From Octopus vulgaris (taxonomy: Eukaryota): 64,000 nt of DNA. The DNA lies in contig OX597822.1 of NCBI GenBank assembly GCA_951406725.2, positions 112,344,001 to 112,408,000 on the forward strand, written 5' to 3'. The position numbers and the translations under genes were made by a program. The notes below the pieces were generated by a model that was not told the origin of the DNA, did no database searches, and saw only the letters and a program-made list of their open reading frames with translations. Shown one piece after another: positions 12,757-26,983 of the stretch (the first letter of the stretch is position 1; the number at the start of each line of letters is the position of its first letter).

Positions 12757-15139
12757 TTCTTGCGCTGAACTAGCAGAGTCGTTAGCGCGTGAGACAAAAT
12801 GCTTTGCGGTATTTGGCCCGACCCTTTATGTTCTGAGTTCAAATTCTACCGAAGTCGGCTTTGCCTTTCATCTTTTCGGAGTTGTCAAAATAAGTACTGG
12901 TTTTAGAACTGGAGTCGATGTAATAGACTTACCCACTCCCCCGAAATTGCTGGCCTTGTGCCAAAATTTGAAACCAATATCATATGAATAGTGTTCAATG
13001 TTTCGTGTCAAACAGTTCAGTTGCTATCTTGACTTGGAACAGAAAAGAAAATATATTCTCTCAGAATATAGTATTTAAAAATTCAGCTCATGTATTTAAT
13101 TATTTAACATTCAACTCTCAGATCAGCAAACATTTAATGCACATCAATTTAAAGATATAAACAGATTTAACTGTAGAGTATGATGAGCAATACCCAGTAA
13201 ACAATGGAAGTATGCACGAACAACCGTAATGTCATACAGAAGAATTTTGTTTCAACTGTTCTGATCTCTTAATCGTTGAAATAAATGCGGTTACTGTTTT
13301 GTTCTTATTTGCAATGGCCCAGAGCGTTCCAAATATGACTGCCCCGTCTTTTATTTAGATAGCGTATCTTGGCCAATATTATCTATTGTGTCCCTTTTAT
13401 GAGAGTACAGCAACTTTGCTTTTTAGTATAATCATTAACTTTGATATTGGAATTATGTTGAAGGATTTAGCTTCAATAATGGCCTGAGCGAATTTAAGAC
13501 TGTGGCTGTAGAAGAAATAAATCCGACAATTCCCAGATATTTCCCTCATCTTTAAATCCGTCCCTCCACACTGCCAGGAAGGAAGGATATAAATAGTCTG
13601 TCAATAAATGGTAAAAAGGGGAGTCATTTATTCGCATCACGGCGTAATACATTTATCACCCAAAACTCACAGATTAAATTTTTCTCTACTCTTCTTCTTT
13701 CATCTTAGAAGCATATTTTCAACATTAAATTCTTCCCAATTTTTCCTCAGCTATTACAGATTGGACAGTGGAGGCGCAATGGCCCAGTGGTTAGGGCAGC
13801 GGACTCGCGGTCATAGGATCACGGTTTCGATTCCCAGACCGGGCGTTGTGAGTGTTTATTGAGCGAAAACACCTAAAGCTCCACGAGGCTCCGGCAGGGG
13901 ATGGTGGTGATCCCTGCTGTACTCTTTCACCACAACTTTCTCTCACTCTTACTTCCTGTTTCTGTTGTACCTGTATTTCAAAGGGCCGGCCTTGTCACTC
14001 TCTGTGTCACGCTGAATATCCCCGAGAACTACGTTAAGGGTACACGTGTCTGTGGAGTGCTCAGCCACTTACACGTTAATTTCACGAGCAGGCTGTTCCG
14101 TTGATTCGGATCAACCGGAACACTCGTCGTCGTAACCGACGGAGTGCTTCCACAGATTGAACAATTTGCAGGCGAAATCTTCTTTCGAATCCTTTTCGGT
14201 TTCCTTCGAGTTTCTCATAGTTTACACCTGCATTGTCAGCGATATTTGATTATACTGTATTCAGAATCAGAGCTGACGTCTTTATTTTAGTTATGTCCTT
14301 TTGTGATTTTTGCTGTCGCTGTAAAAGTCACTATTTTCTCAAAGTGAATGTATCTCAGAAATGCGAAACACTTTGTTGCAAATTTGTTTGAAGCATCATC
14401 AAAAAAGCAAACCATATTCCTTTGATATGCTTTCGTACAGAAAACGGCTCTACAACGAGAGGAACTCTCATGTTACACGTTTTACTATTAACGAGTCTTT
14501 GTATATTTCTTTGTAAAATTTTACTTCCATATGACTAATGATACTCCTCTGCGTAATATACTTTACGCAGTTCTGCAGCCAACATTTTATCGAAGAGATC
14601 GAACTTTGAGGAATAATGATAATGACAATGATGACGAACCAACAATATCTGTGTTAACTTTGTTTAACAATAGTAGCATATCGTACAAGCCATAGGGGTG
14701 ATTAGTATATTTTTAATTGTGTTAGCATATATATATATGTAGAACATAAAGATAAAATTCTCCTATTTGCATGATAGGATGTTCACTGTTTTAGATATTT
14801 CTGATGTAAACTATGTTTTTTTTTTCTTTTTAGCAGATCCCCCAAGGCAGGACAGCTTATAAATGGGCATGAGTTGTCGTCAGACGAAGGACAGAGCGCT
14901 CAAAGATAGAGTGTCCGGCTTCAAGTCGGATGTCTGATCGCTAAAATACATTATCTTATTGAAAGTCTTTGTAAGACTAGCACTTTGCAAGCCTTTGTAA
15001 GCCTAGAACTTATTCTATCGGTTTCTTTTGCCGAACAGATAAGTTACGGGAACGTAAACAAACCAACATCGGTTGTCAAGCGATGCTGGAGGGACAAACA
15101 AAGACACACAAACATATACACACACATTCATACATATTA

Positions 15140-15494
<355 letters not shown>

Positions 15495-15656
15495 TGACGG
15501 GCTCCTTTCAGTTTCCGTCTACCAAATCCACTCACAAGGCTTTGGTCGGCCCGAGGCTATAGTAGAAGACACTTGCCCAGGGTGCCACGCAATGGGACTG
15601 AACCCGGAAAGATGTGGTTGGCAAGCTAGCTACTTATCACACCACCACTCCTGCAC

Positions 15657-15693
<37 letters not shown>

Positions 15694-16402
15694 TGTGTGT
15701 GTGCGTGCGTGCGTGCGTGCGTGTGTGTATGCATACATGTATGTTTGTATATGATGAATAAGCAAAAACAAAAAGCAAAAGAGAAAAGTGACAAATTTTC
15801 ACAAAAAGACGAATATATATAAATATATGGAATTACAACCGATCTTAGTCATTCGAGTGACTAAGAATAGATGCGTGTTCTGACTGCAGCGAAACCGAGA
15901 GAGACTCATTTAGGAGTGGAACAGTGAACTGTTGTAGGTTGTTGGAAGACCTTGTTCACAGGAACATAATGCGAAATATATACGCTTTTTATAAGTAATC
16001 TATCGTAACGAAAATCCTTTCTAGAGTAATAAAACAATGCATAAATTCCAGTGTAAACTAATCCATTTTGGGGTCTCAAATCTAGTTGAATCAAAATGAA
16101 ATTGTTCTAATTGCTATTTTGTTGCAAGCAGTAGGATTATAGTTTTCAAAATATTAGAGATATATTGAAACGATGATGATTTAGATGATAAAGAGGAGGT
16201 GAAAGGGGTGAAAGCGGATGGGAACAAATGCGATGACAATCTCGAAATGTCGTCATCATGATTTTTTTTCCTCTCCCGATTGTGAGCAATGATTCCCCTT
16301 CGCCATCTCTGCTTCTCTCTGCCTCCGTGAATTATGATGATCATCGTTTTCATCATAATCATGATTATTATTATTAGTATTATCAAATCGCTTAAACACT
16401 GT

Positions 16403-16404
<2 letters not shown>

Positions 16405-16455
<51 letters not shown>

Positions 16456-16593
16456 TATAATAACATTAATAATAACAACAACAACAGCAACAACAATAAT
16501 AATAATAATTATAATAACAATAATAATAATAACAACAACAATAACAATAATAATAATAATAATAATGATAATAATAATAACAACAACAATAAC

Positions 16594-16652
<59 letters not shown>

Positions 16653-16660
16653 TAACAATA

Positions 16661-16724
<64 letters not shown>

Positions 16725-16743
16725 CAACAGCAACAACAATAAC

Positions 16744-16772
<29 letters not shown>
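16405..16772. repeat. (AAT)n/(AAC)n microsatellite
   Basis: Direct reading; similar arrays at 17328-17545, 18080-18275, 18515-18770, 38405-38475 and 39775-39870. Confidence 0.97.
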
Positions 16773-16774
<2 letters not shown>

Positions 16775-16775
<1 letters not shown>

Positions 16776-17324
16776 GCTGCCCTGATGCATTACCAGGCAG
16801 TGGCTCTCATGGCTTCTGATCTTAACTGACTGGAAGTGTTATCATGTACATTGTTTTGTCTTGGTATAAAAGATGGACTACAGCAAATATTCTGATAAAT
16901 ACCACAGATTTGTTTGTCGGTTGTTTGACCGTAACCAGTTGAGCGTATCCCTTAGTGGCGATATGTGCATCTCTGATCACGAGCAGAAGTAGTTGGGGAG
17001 CATCATAGCCATTGTTGAGAGAAATTCTTTAGGGTTTGAATAATTCACCTCCAGAAACATTGGTGTTTCGTTCAACACCCTTAAACAACCCTTATTCAGG
17101 GACCTTTTGAGTTGGATGAGCTACTCGACCAGAAGAAAATTCTAACTGGGCCCAAACTGCAAGGTCATGTGCTGTTTATCTTGATATGAGATCACCATGT
17201 CGCGCACATATGGTTGTGATGCATGTGCCTGGTGTGCCTTTATCAGACGGGTAGTCATGATGGGTATACTGGGCTTCGTATAATTTACCTCAGTGTCACT
17301 TTGCTGGCATGCACTGCTCTCTCA

Positions 17325-17328
<4 letters not shown>
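16775..17328. mobile_element. ~550 bp non-coding insertion within an (AAT)n array
   Basis: Complex sequence bounded sharply on both sides by long (AAT)n, as expected for a microsatellite-targeting element. Confidence 0.5.
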
Positions 17329-17387
<59 letters not shown>

Positions 17388-17396
17388 TAACACTTA

Positions 17397-17442
<46 letters not shown>

Positions 17443-17451
17443 TGATGATGA

Positions 17452-17482
<31 letters not shown>

Positions 17483-18083
17483 ACATAGAATGATAATAAT
17501 AATAATAATAGCAGCTGTAGCAACAACAACAACAACAACAACAATCCTTCCAAATAAAGGCACGAAGCCTGAAATTTGGGTAGAGAGGACTAGTGGCTTA
17601 CAATGATCCTTGTGTTCAGCTTGTTCTTGATGTTCTCGACCCGGAGAGGATAGAAAAGACAAATGCATTTTGTCCGACGTGCTCACGACTCTGCCAGCTC
17701 GCCAGTAATACTTTCGAATTTTGGCACAAAGTCAGCAATAATAAGGAAGGAGTGGGGTTAAGTCGATTACACCGAACTCAGCTGGTTCTGTTCAACTGGT
17801 ATTTTATTTTAGACCCTCTGTAGCATTTGAACCTAGAACGTAAAAAGCCGGAACAAATGTCGTTCAGTATTTCTGTCCGGTGTGGTAACCTTTCTGCTTC
17901 TCCACCGCTTGAATAATAGTGATTTCAAGTTTTGACACAAAGCCAGCAATTTTAGGAGTGGAGTAAGTTGATTACATCAGCCTCAATATTCGACTGGTAC
18001 ATATCTTATCGACCCCGAAAGGATAAAATGCAAAGTCAATCGAGGCGGAATTTGAACTTGGAACATAAAGACGTAATAAAAAT

Positions 18084-18130
<47 letters not shown>

Positions 18131-18131
18131 T

Positions 18132-18262
<131 letters not shown>

Positions 18263-18513
18263 TAATAATAATAATCCTTTTTACTATAGGCACAGGCCTA
18301 GAATTTGTGGGGTGGGGGATAGTCGATTACATCGGTCCCAGTACTAGACTGGTCCTTAATTTATTGACTCCGAAAGGATGAAAAGCAAAGTCGACCTCGG
18401 CGGAATTTGAATTCAGAACGTAGCGGCAGACGAAATACCTATTTCTTTACTACCCACAGACGAAATACTGCTAAGCATTTCGCCCAGGGCGCTAACGTTT
18501 CTGCCAGCTCGAC

Positions 18514-18575
<62 letters not shown>

Positions 18576-18666
18576 TCGTAACAAATAGTAATGAATTCAT
18601 TTATTTGCCACAAGGACGAAAGATGAGGAGGGACAATACAAAGATATAAAGTAGGGGTTTACATAT

Positions 18667-18709
<43 letters not shown>

Positions 18710-19112
18710 CAACAACAACAATAATAATAACAACGGTGACGATAATGATGATGATGATGATGATGATGATGCTGAAGAAATAGAAGACAAATAAAAAAAA
18801 ATCAATAATTTTGTTCACAATGGAACCCCGACTGTTTGATAGCAGCAAAAGTGACATACCAAGTACCATTTACAATCTCATTCTCTTTCTCTTTATGACT
18901 CGACCATTTTCTTGCAATTGAAGTGGATTCCCCCGCTGAGTGTCATAAAAACTTTTCCTCTCACATTTGTTTCGTTTTAGTTAATGAATAAACTTTTGCA
19001 GTTTTTAACCAAGCGGAAATGAAGGATTTTGAATAACTTAGAACATACTGCCATCAATGATAAACTTTAATTTGTATACAATGTTTGTTTTAATACTTTA
19101 TAATACCTTTTA

Positions 19113-20056
19113 AGGATCTATCCCATCTCAATCACAGATTTTTTAATTATCTTTTTTTAACTAAACTGTTTGAAACTTCGAATACCGGTAGAATTTCTCA
19201 TGTACAACATGGTTTACCCTGAACGTTTTTGACAAAATTTCCTATTTTAGAAGTTATTTCGTGTTAAAGTTGTCGAATTTGGGCAATTTCAACCAAAAAC
19301 GTGTATTCGGTTGAAGAAATCTACTGCTGTTTATGATAGTAATCGAAGAGGAACAACTTCCGGGTCATCTCTGCTAAATGTCACCACTCTGTTCTATCCG
19401 TACGGCGAGTGAAGACGGTGCCACCTTTACCCTTTCTTCCTTTCTAATCAGCACCGTACACTCCTCACTCTTTCCCTCCCTTCTACGCTATCAAGTGGCA
19501 ACCAGCGAGTGAACTTTTCACTGCCACTATACTTTTCGTATTTTCCGGTGTATAACCCGCTATTTGTTTTGTTTTACCTTCATGTGTTCATAATGTTATT
19601 TTTATGTAATAAAGACTTTTATATTGTCGAAATGCGCATGTTGTTGATTGCAGTAAGATAAAATCATGACAATAATACATCTCATAGTTGTAAAATGAGG
19701 CATTTTAAAACTACATATAATACGTCAACAACAAAAAGCTAGCTGCCGACTCCGTTGCTCTGTAGGTCTTTTAAACACCGGCGCGCTTTATATGTGGATA
19801 AAACAGCGATGTCGGGCAACGAATAAATATATGTAGATAATATTTCTTCCTTCTTGGTGTTGATTCTTCGAACAGAGTGGTGACATTTAGCAGAGATGAT
19901 CCGGAATTTGTTCCTCTTCGATTATTATAGTAAACAGCAGTAGCTTTCTTCAACCGAACACACGTCGTTGAATGGTTGAAATTACTCAAATACGACAACT
20001 TTAACACGAAATAACTTCTAAAATAGAAAATCAGTGATTGAGATGGAATAGATCCC
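19113..20056. mobile_element. Non-autonomous DNA transposon with long TIRs (~280 bp, right arm partly deleted); solo right arm at ~39135-39387
   Basis: ggatctatcccatctcaatcac...gtgattgagatggaatagatcc. Arms 19113-19394 and 19871-20056 are reverse complements; the same arm recurs at 39135-39387. Confidence 0.8.
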
Positions 20057-20238
20057 CTTTTAATTTGCATAAGAAACAACAGGTGTGGGTATGTTGTAAG
20101 AAGCGTGCTTCTTAACCACATCCACATGATTCCGGGTTCAGTCTCACTGCGTGGCACCTCAGTGCCTTCTATTACATCCCTGGGCCGACTAAAGCATAGT
20201 GAGTGAATCTGTTATGGGAATACTTAAAGAAGCCCAAC

Positions 20239-20279
<41 letters not shown>

Positions 20280-20722
20280 TAATTAAGGGTTAATTGCAAT
20301 ACAGCCAAAACCACATACCGAAAATATTAGAAATAGCAGCCAAAATTGATCACTATTTCTCTACTAATAAAAGTTCCACAAACAAATAGAATTTGTAAGC
20401 TGTATATGGCAAAAGGCAGAAAATAACGAAATCCCAGCCTATGGGTTAATTATAGGCTGGGATTTCGTTATTTTCTGCCTTTTTTTGCCATATACAGCTT
20501 ACAAATTCTATTTGTTTGTGGAGACTTTTTATTAGTAGAGGAAATAGTGATCAATTTTGGCTGCTATTTCTAATATTTTCGGTATGTGGTTTTGAGTAAC
20601 TTGTTGCAATTAACCCTTAATTATAATTATTATAACCCTTACCAAATATGGTCTTTTCCATACCGATAAATCTACTAGGTGAAATTGATTAATTTTATTA
20701 AATTAATTATATTCCACCCTTT

Positions 20723-20788
<66 letters not shown>

Positions 20789-20883
20789 CATACATACATA
20801 TACTTACTGTTAATAAACATCAGGTGTGCGTTGCGCACCGTTACTAAATAAATAAGAAAATGCATTGTAAATAAATAACAATG

Positions 20884-21132
20884 TGGAGGTGCGTGGCTTA
20901 GTGGTTAGGGTGTCAGCATCATGATCGTAAGATTGTGGTTTCGATTCCTGGACCGGGCGACGCGCTGTGTTCTTGAGCAAAACACTTCATTCCACGTTGC
21001 TCCAGTCCACTCAGCTGGCGAAAATGAGTAACGCTGCGATGGACTGGCGTCCTGTCCAGCTGGGGAACACATACGCCATAGAAACCGGGAAACCGGGCCC
21101 ATGAGCCTGGCTAGGCTTGAAAAGGGCGCATT
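20884..21132 (+). mobile_element. tRNA-derived SINE family D (partial copy 26380-26555)
   Basis: tggcttagtggttag A box, ggtttcgattcc B box, gtgttcttgagcaaaacactt domain. Confidence 0.8.
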
Positions 21133-21507
21133 TATTTTTTTAAATTTAAATAAACAACGACAGATAGAAAACATATACGTGTACTGAGTGTCCAACCGGA
21201 CGGGAGATAGACACAGAGGGTCCCTAATTCTTCATCAGTTACCAACCAAAATGGTAATACCCAGTTTCGTACCATTAATGATAAGACTGAGCACTTTTCA
21301 TGTTGGTCGTTCTCTACGGCTTTCGCAGACACCACCAATAAGGGAAGTTCTCAGCTTTATCATTAATGGTGCGAAACCGAGTATTACCATTTTGGTTGAT
21401 AACTGATGAAGAAGTAGGGACCCTCTGTGTCTGTCTCCCGTCAGGTTGGACACTCAGTATGCTTATATGTTTTCTATCTGTCGTTGTTTATTTACAATCC
21501 ATTTTTT

Positions 21508-21576
<69 letters not shown>

Positions 21577-21580
<4 letters not shown>

Positions 21581-21789
21581 ACCTCGTGAGTACCGCTGGC
21601 GATTTTTTTCCTCTGTCTCCCCTTGTCAGGATCTTTCCTTCTCCTATGTTTCCGACGAAGAGCTCCGCTCGAAACGTTAAACCCTCCTTCTTCTCTCCTT
21701 TCCTGAGCGTCCAATAATACTATATTTGTTCCACGTCCTCGCGTTGTTGTGTTCTTTTGTTTTTTTGTATTTTCTTGTTTGGATTAACT
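21577..21789 (+). mobile_element. ~210 bp hammerhead-motif element between (TA)n arrays (PLE pLTR-like); second copy at 26030-26240 (-)
   Basis: Two dispersed copies with the same termini (tgtgacc...ggattaac), each abutting (TA)n at the 3' end. Internal motif gttt-CYGACGA-a-gagc tcc gctc-GAAA-cgtt-aaac. Confidence 0.7.
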
Positions 21790-21807
21790 ATATATATATA
21801 TATATAT

Positions 21808-21894
<87 letters not shown>

Positions 21895-22315
21895 TATATA
21901 TATATATTTTTGTGTGTGTAATTTAACAGTTCGGCATAACCGACCGATAGAATAAGTACCTGGACTAAAAAAAAAAAAATAAATACTGAGGTTGATTCGT
22001 TCTACTAAAACTCGCCAAGGTGATGCCCCCAAATGGCCGTATGATAAAAAAATTAGTGATAAAAAAATACAAAGTATTGATACTTTATACAACCTTTTAA
22101 TTTATATTAATGTCTCAATACTTTAGAATGAACAACATTTGTATCAATATCTTATATGTCTTTTAATTTGTATAATATACAAAGTTCATTTTAGGGCTTT
22201 ATACAACTGTTTAATTCGAATAATACATAACATAGTAATACTTTATATGACCTTTAAATTTATATAGTAAACGTTTGTTTCAATACATTTGCTTTTATGC
22301 TTTATAAATTTGTAG

Positions 22316-22729
22316 GGCGGCGAGCTGGCAGAATCGTTAACACGCCGGGCGAAATGCGTAGCCGTATTTTGTCTGCCGTTACGTTCTGAGTTCAAATTCC
22401 GCCGAGGTCGACTTTGCCTTTCATCCTCTCGGGGTCTATTAAATAAGTACCAGTTGCACACTGGGGTCGATGTAATCGATTTAATCCGTTTGTCTGTCCT
22501 TGTTTGTCCTCTCTGTGTTTAGTCCCTTCTGGGTAGTAAAGAAATAGGTATTTCGTCTGTCGTTACGTTCTGAGTTCAAATTCCACTGAGGTCGACTTTG
22601 CCTTTCATCCATTCGGGGTCGATAAATAAAGTACCAGTTTCGCACTGGGGTCGATTAATCGACTCGATCCCTTTGTCTGTCCTTGTTAGTCCCCTCTATG
22701 TTTAGCCCCTTGTGGGTAGCAAAGAAATA
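22316..22729 (+). mobile_element. SINE family B dimer
   Basis: Full head, then tail aaagaaata joined to ggtatttcgtctg and a second body plus tail. Confidence 0.9.
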
Positions 22730-23619
22730 TATACTTTATACATTTGTTTTTATACTTTATACAACTTTTTTATTTGTATGGTATAAAGGCGCAGGCGTTG
22801 CTGTGTGGTAAGAAGCTTGCTTTCCAACCACATGGTGCCGGGTTCAGTCCCGCTGTGTGGCACCTTCGGTAAGTTCTACCACCAAATCCTTCTGAGTGAA
22901 TTTGGTAGACAGAAACTGAAAGGAGACCGTTGTTGGTGTGTTTACGACCCTGTAACTTAGCGGTTCGGCAAAAGTGAACAACAGAATAAGTACCAGGCTT
23001 ACAAAGAATAAGTCATGGGCTCGATTTCTTCATCTAAAAGTCGGTGCTCCAGCATGGCCGCAGTGAAATGACTGAATCAAGTAAAAGAATTAACGCTCGT
23101 TTTAAAACTTCGTACGATTTTTAAAAATTTCTTTATAATACGTCACATTTGTTTTAATACTTTATAATACCATTTAATTTATATGATATAATATGTTTTA
23201 ATCGGCATCCAGTGACTCAAAGGATCAAAACTAAAACATTACAAGACTTGAAATCCTCGAAATTTATTTGTTCTCAAAAGAATTCATAATTAAAACCGGA
23301 AGAAACGAATAATTCCCTCGCAAGAGCTTGGCGGAGAAAGAGAGGGAGGAAGGGAAAGAGAGGGAGAGAGAGGGAGATAGAGAGAGAGGGTGGAGGGAGG
23401 GAGAGGGAGAGGGGGGAGCCGTTATTGTTCGTGGAACTTTTGTTATGGCTTCCACTCAACTGTGAGATTAAATTTCATTAAGTATTTTAATATTTTTGAT
23501 TTTATTTCATACAATTTACCTTTGGTTTTATTTGTTTATTTATGCCTTTTATGAAGAATTTTTCTTTCGGGATTTCTTTCGACACTGCTAAGGAGGAATA
23601 GGCGAATAACTAAACAGAA

Positions 23620-23647
23620 ATAGAAAGAAAGAAAGAAAGAAAGAAAT

Positions 23648-23679
<32 letters not shown>

Positions 23680-23811
23680 GTAGATAGATGGCTAGATGGA
23701 TAGATAGATAGAGAGGTAGATAGATGGATAGATGGATAGATAGAGAGGTGGATAGGCAGATAGATAGAGGGATAGGTAGATAGATAGAGACGTAGATAGG
23801 TAGATAGATTC

Positions 23812-23865
<54 letters not shown>

Positions 23866-23992
23866 GAGGTAGATAGATAGAGAGGTAGATAGATGGATAG
23901 ATGGATAGATAGAGAGGTAGATAGGCAGATAGATAGATGGATAGGTAGATAGATAGAGACGTAGATAGGTAGATAGATAGATTCGATAGATG

Positions 23993-24044
<52 letters not shown>

Positions 24045-24198
24045 TATAGAGAGGTAGATAGATAGAGAGGTAGATAGGCAGATAGATAGATAGATTGATG
24101 GATAGATGGATAGATAGATAGAGAAAGAAAGAATGTGTTTGTGACAGAGGGACAAAAGAATGAGTGAAAGTGAGAGAGAGAGAGAGAGAGAGAGAGAG
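23620..24198. repeat. (GAAA)n/(GATA)n degenerate tetranucleotide array plus (GA)n
   Basis: Direct reading; includes a higher-order repeated subunit (gagacgtagataggtagatagattcg-like, twice). Confidence 0.95.
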
Positions 24199-25004
24199 TC
24201 CCCATTAACTAATTGCCCAGAGCAACGTTTCTTTGTCGGGCTCCAGTCACCAAGTGATCATGACTGTATTGTGCAGCTTCGTGGGCGAATGCCATTTTTT
24301 TTGTTTATTTATTTCATTGCTATTTATATTATTGTCATTTGTCAGCTTGGATTCGGTTTGAAACGGCAAGATGGGTTGGTGGGGAAATTGAAACAGGGAA
24401 TATGTACAAGTATCGTTCAATGACAGTTGTTAAATTGTGTCTCCGTGAATGCTTTAGCGAAAATAGGTCACGACTGACAGCCATGGACAAGCCTCCACGG
24501 ATCACCAAACATTAATCTCTCACTGTTTCCAGCGAATGAGTCAGACATGTGAACGCTTTAATAGAATGCTGATTTCACCACCCACGCCCGAAAGTTCCAC
24601 AATACCGATATGTCTGATAAACCTGCTAGCTATCGTTCTGCCACTACGGAAGCATCTACAGACTGAATTGGAATTTGAGCAGCTGGTTATTCGTTATTAC
24701 TCCATGGTAATCTCAACGCTTTTAGACATCCAATAATAACATTTTGATAACTTTTGGATAACATATTTTGCGGTGCATAGACCGAAGAGGCTAACGATGT
24801 TTTAAATAAATGTTTGGTGTTGAATTGCAGTCAAACTTATTAAAAATAAATAAACGTGTGGTAAGTAGCTTGCTTACTAACTACATGGTTCTGGGTTCAG
24901 TCCCACTGCGTGGCACCTTGGGCAAGTGTCTTCTACTATAGCCTCGGGCCGACCAAAGCCTTGTGAGTGGATTTGGCAGACGGAAACTTAAAGAAGCCCG
25001 TCGT

Positions 25005-25079
<75 letters not shown>

Positions 25080-25666
25080 TGTGTTTGTCCCCCCCCCCCA
25101 GCATCGCTTGACAACCGATGCTAGTGTGTTTACGTCCCCGTAACTTAGCGGTTCGGCAAAAGAGACCGATACAATAAGTATTAGACTTACAAAGAATAAG
25201 TCCTGGGGTTGATTTGCTCGACTAAAGGCGGTGCTCCAGCATGGCGGCAGTCAAATGACTGAAACAAGTAAAAGAGTAAAAGAGTGAAAGAGTACACACA
25301 GAAACAAAAATCGAAGTCTTAAAATAATGATTTCGAATTTTGGCATAAGGCCATTAATATTGGGAGAGGGATTAAATTAATTACATCGACTCCAGTGCTC
25401 AACTGGTTATTTTATCGACGGCAAAAGATGAAAGGCTAAGTCTGCTTCGGTGGAATTTGAACTCAGAACGCAAAGACGACGAAAAGTCGCGAAGCATTTT
25501 CTTCGGCGCGTTAACGGAGAGTATATTATTGATTAATTTGTTGTAGTGTTTTTGTTTAAAATATTTTTTGAAAAAAAAAAAAACGCTCATAAATTATTGC
25601 CGGTCGATATATTAGAAATAAATTATATTAAAACTATGTAAAGTGTGTGCATTTTATTCTTTAATT

Positions 25667-25702
<36 letters not shown>

Positions 25703-25729
25703 TATATCTATATATCTATATATATACAC

Positions 25730-25780
<51 letters not shown>

Positions 25781-26569
25781 GTGTGTGTATACATTTGTGT
25801 GTCTGTGTTTGTCCCCCACCCAACATCGCTTGACAACCGATGCTGTCGTGTTTACGTCCACGTAACTTAACGGCTCGGCAAAAGAGACCAATAGAATAAG
25901 TACTAGGCTTACAAAGAATAAGTCCTGGGGTCGATTTGCTCGACTAAAGGCGGTGCTCTAGCATGGCCACAGTCAAATGACTGAAACCAAGTAAAAGAGT
26001 AAAAGAGTATATTTATATATATATATATAGTTAATCCAAACAAACATGAAAACACAAAGAGAAAATACAACAACGCGAGGACGTGGAACAAATATAGTAT
26101 TATTGGACGCTTAGGAAGGAAGGGAAGAAAGAGGTTTAACGTTTTGATCGGAGCTCTTCGTCAGAAACATAGGAAAAGGAAAGATCCAGAGAAGGGAAGA
26201 CGGAGGAAAATAAAATCGCCAACGGTACACACGCGGTCACAGCGTGTGTGTCTTTATTGGTATTGAAAAGAGCATTCATATCTCCTGTTCAGTTGTTTAA
26301 TTTCAGTTCTATATTTAAGAGATGAGGAATTATGTACATTATTGACATTATTTACATTTGACGGATATTAGTGTCTTTCAGTTCTTGAGCAAAACACTTC
26401 ATTTCACATTGCTCCAGTCCATTCAGCTGGCAAAAATGAGTAACGCTGCGATGGACTGGCGTCTCGTCCAGCTGGGGAACACATGAGCCTGGCTAGATTT
26501 TAAAAGGGTGCATTTATTTCTGCAATGAGCCTAGCTAGGCTTGAAAAGGGCGACGTTTTACGTTTATCG

Positions 26570-26663
<94 letters not shown>

Positions 26664-26696
26664 GTATATATATATGTATATATATATATGTATATA

Positions 26697-26758
<62 letters not shown>

Positions 26759-26931
26759 TTTTTGTGCAATGAGATGAAAAACCAAGGCTGTATAGATATT
26801 AGAGCATTTATAAATAGGTCTTACAACTGTTTCTAGGATATTAATATCGTACATCTATTTTCTTTCCTCCACCTCACTCTCTAGTTGTATCACATCGAAA
26901 CTAACTATTACTTAATTTTTCCTCTCACACC

Positions 26932-26983
26932 GTCTCCGATGAAGGGATATTATTAATCAATAACCTAGAAACAGCTGTAAGAC
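26932..26983 (+). ncRNA. Minimal type I hammerhead-like motif with palindromic stem III
   Basis: gtct-CCGATGA-agggatatt..aataaccta-GAAA-cagctg-TA-agac, with a U4C core variant. Confidence 0.55.

Larger units (their letters stand above)
5777..14176. repeat. Tandem segmental duplication: unit 1 5777-10097, unit 2 10096-14176
   Basis: Colinear near-identical sequence throughout. Junction gcaggcgaa|tgaaattg with 2-nt microhomology. Confidence 0.95.

Noticed and set aside
14835-14940. Exon-like segment after a strong acceptor
   Set aside because: All frames stop quickly, with no donor or recognisable homology.
16775-16830. Possible HDV-like ribozyme at the edge of the (AAT)n insertion
   Set aside because: Could not assign the nested double pseudoknot by eye.
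20823-20848. GC hairpin resembling a Helitron 3' end
   Set aside because: Ends CTAA rather than CTAG and has no associated element body.
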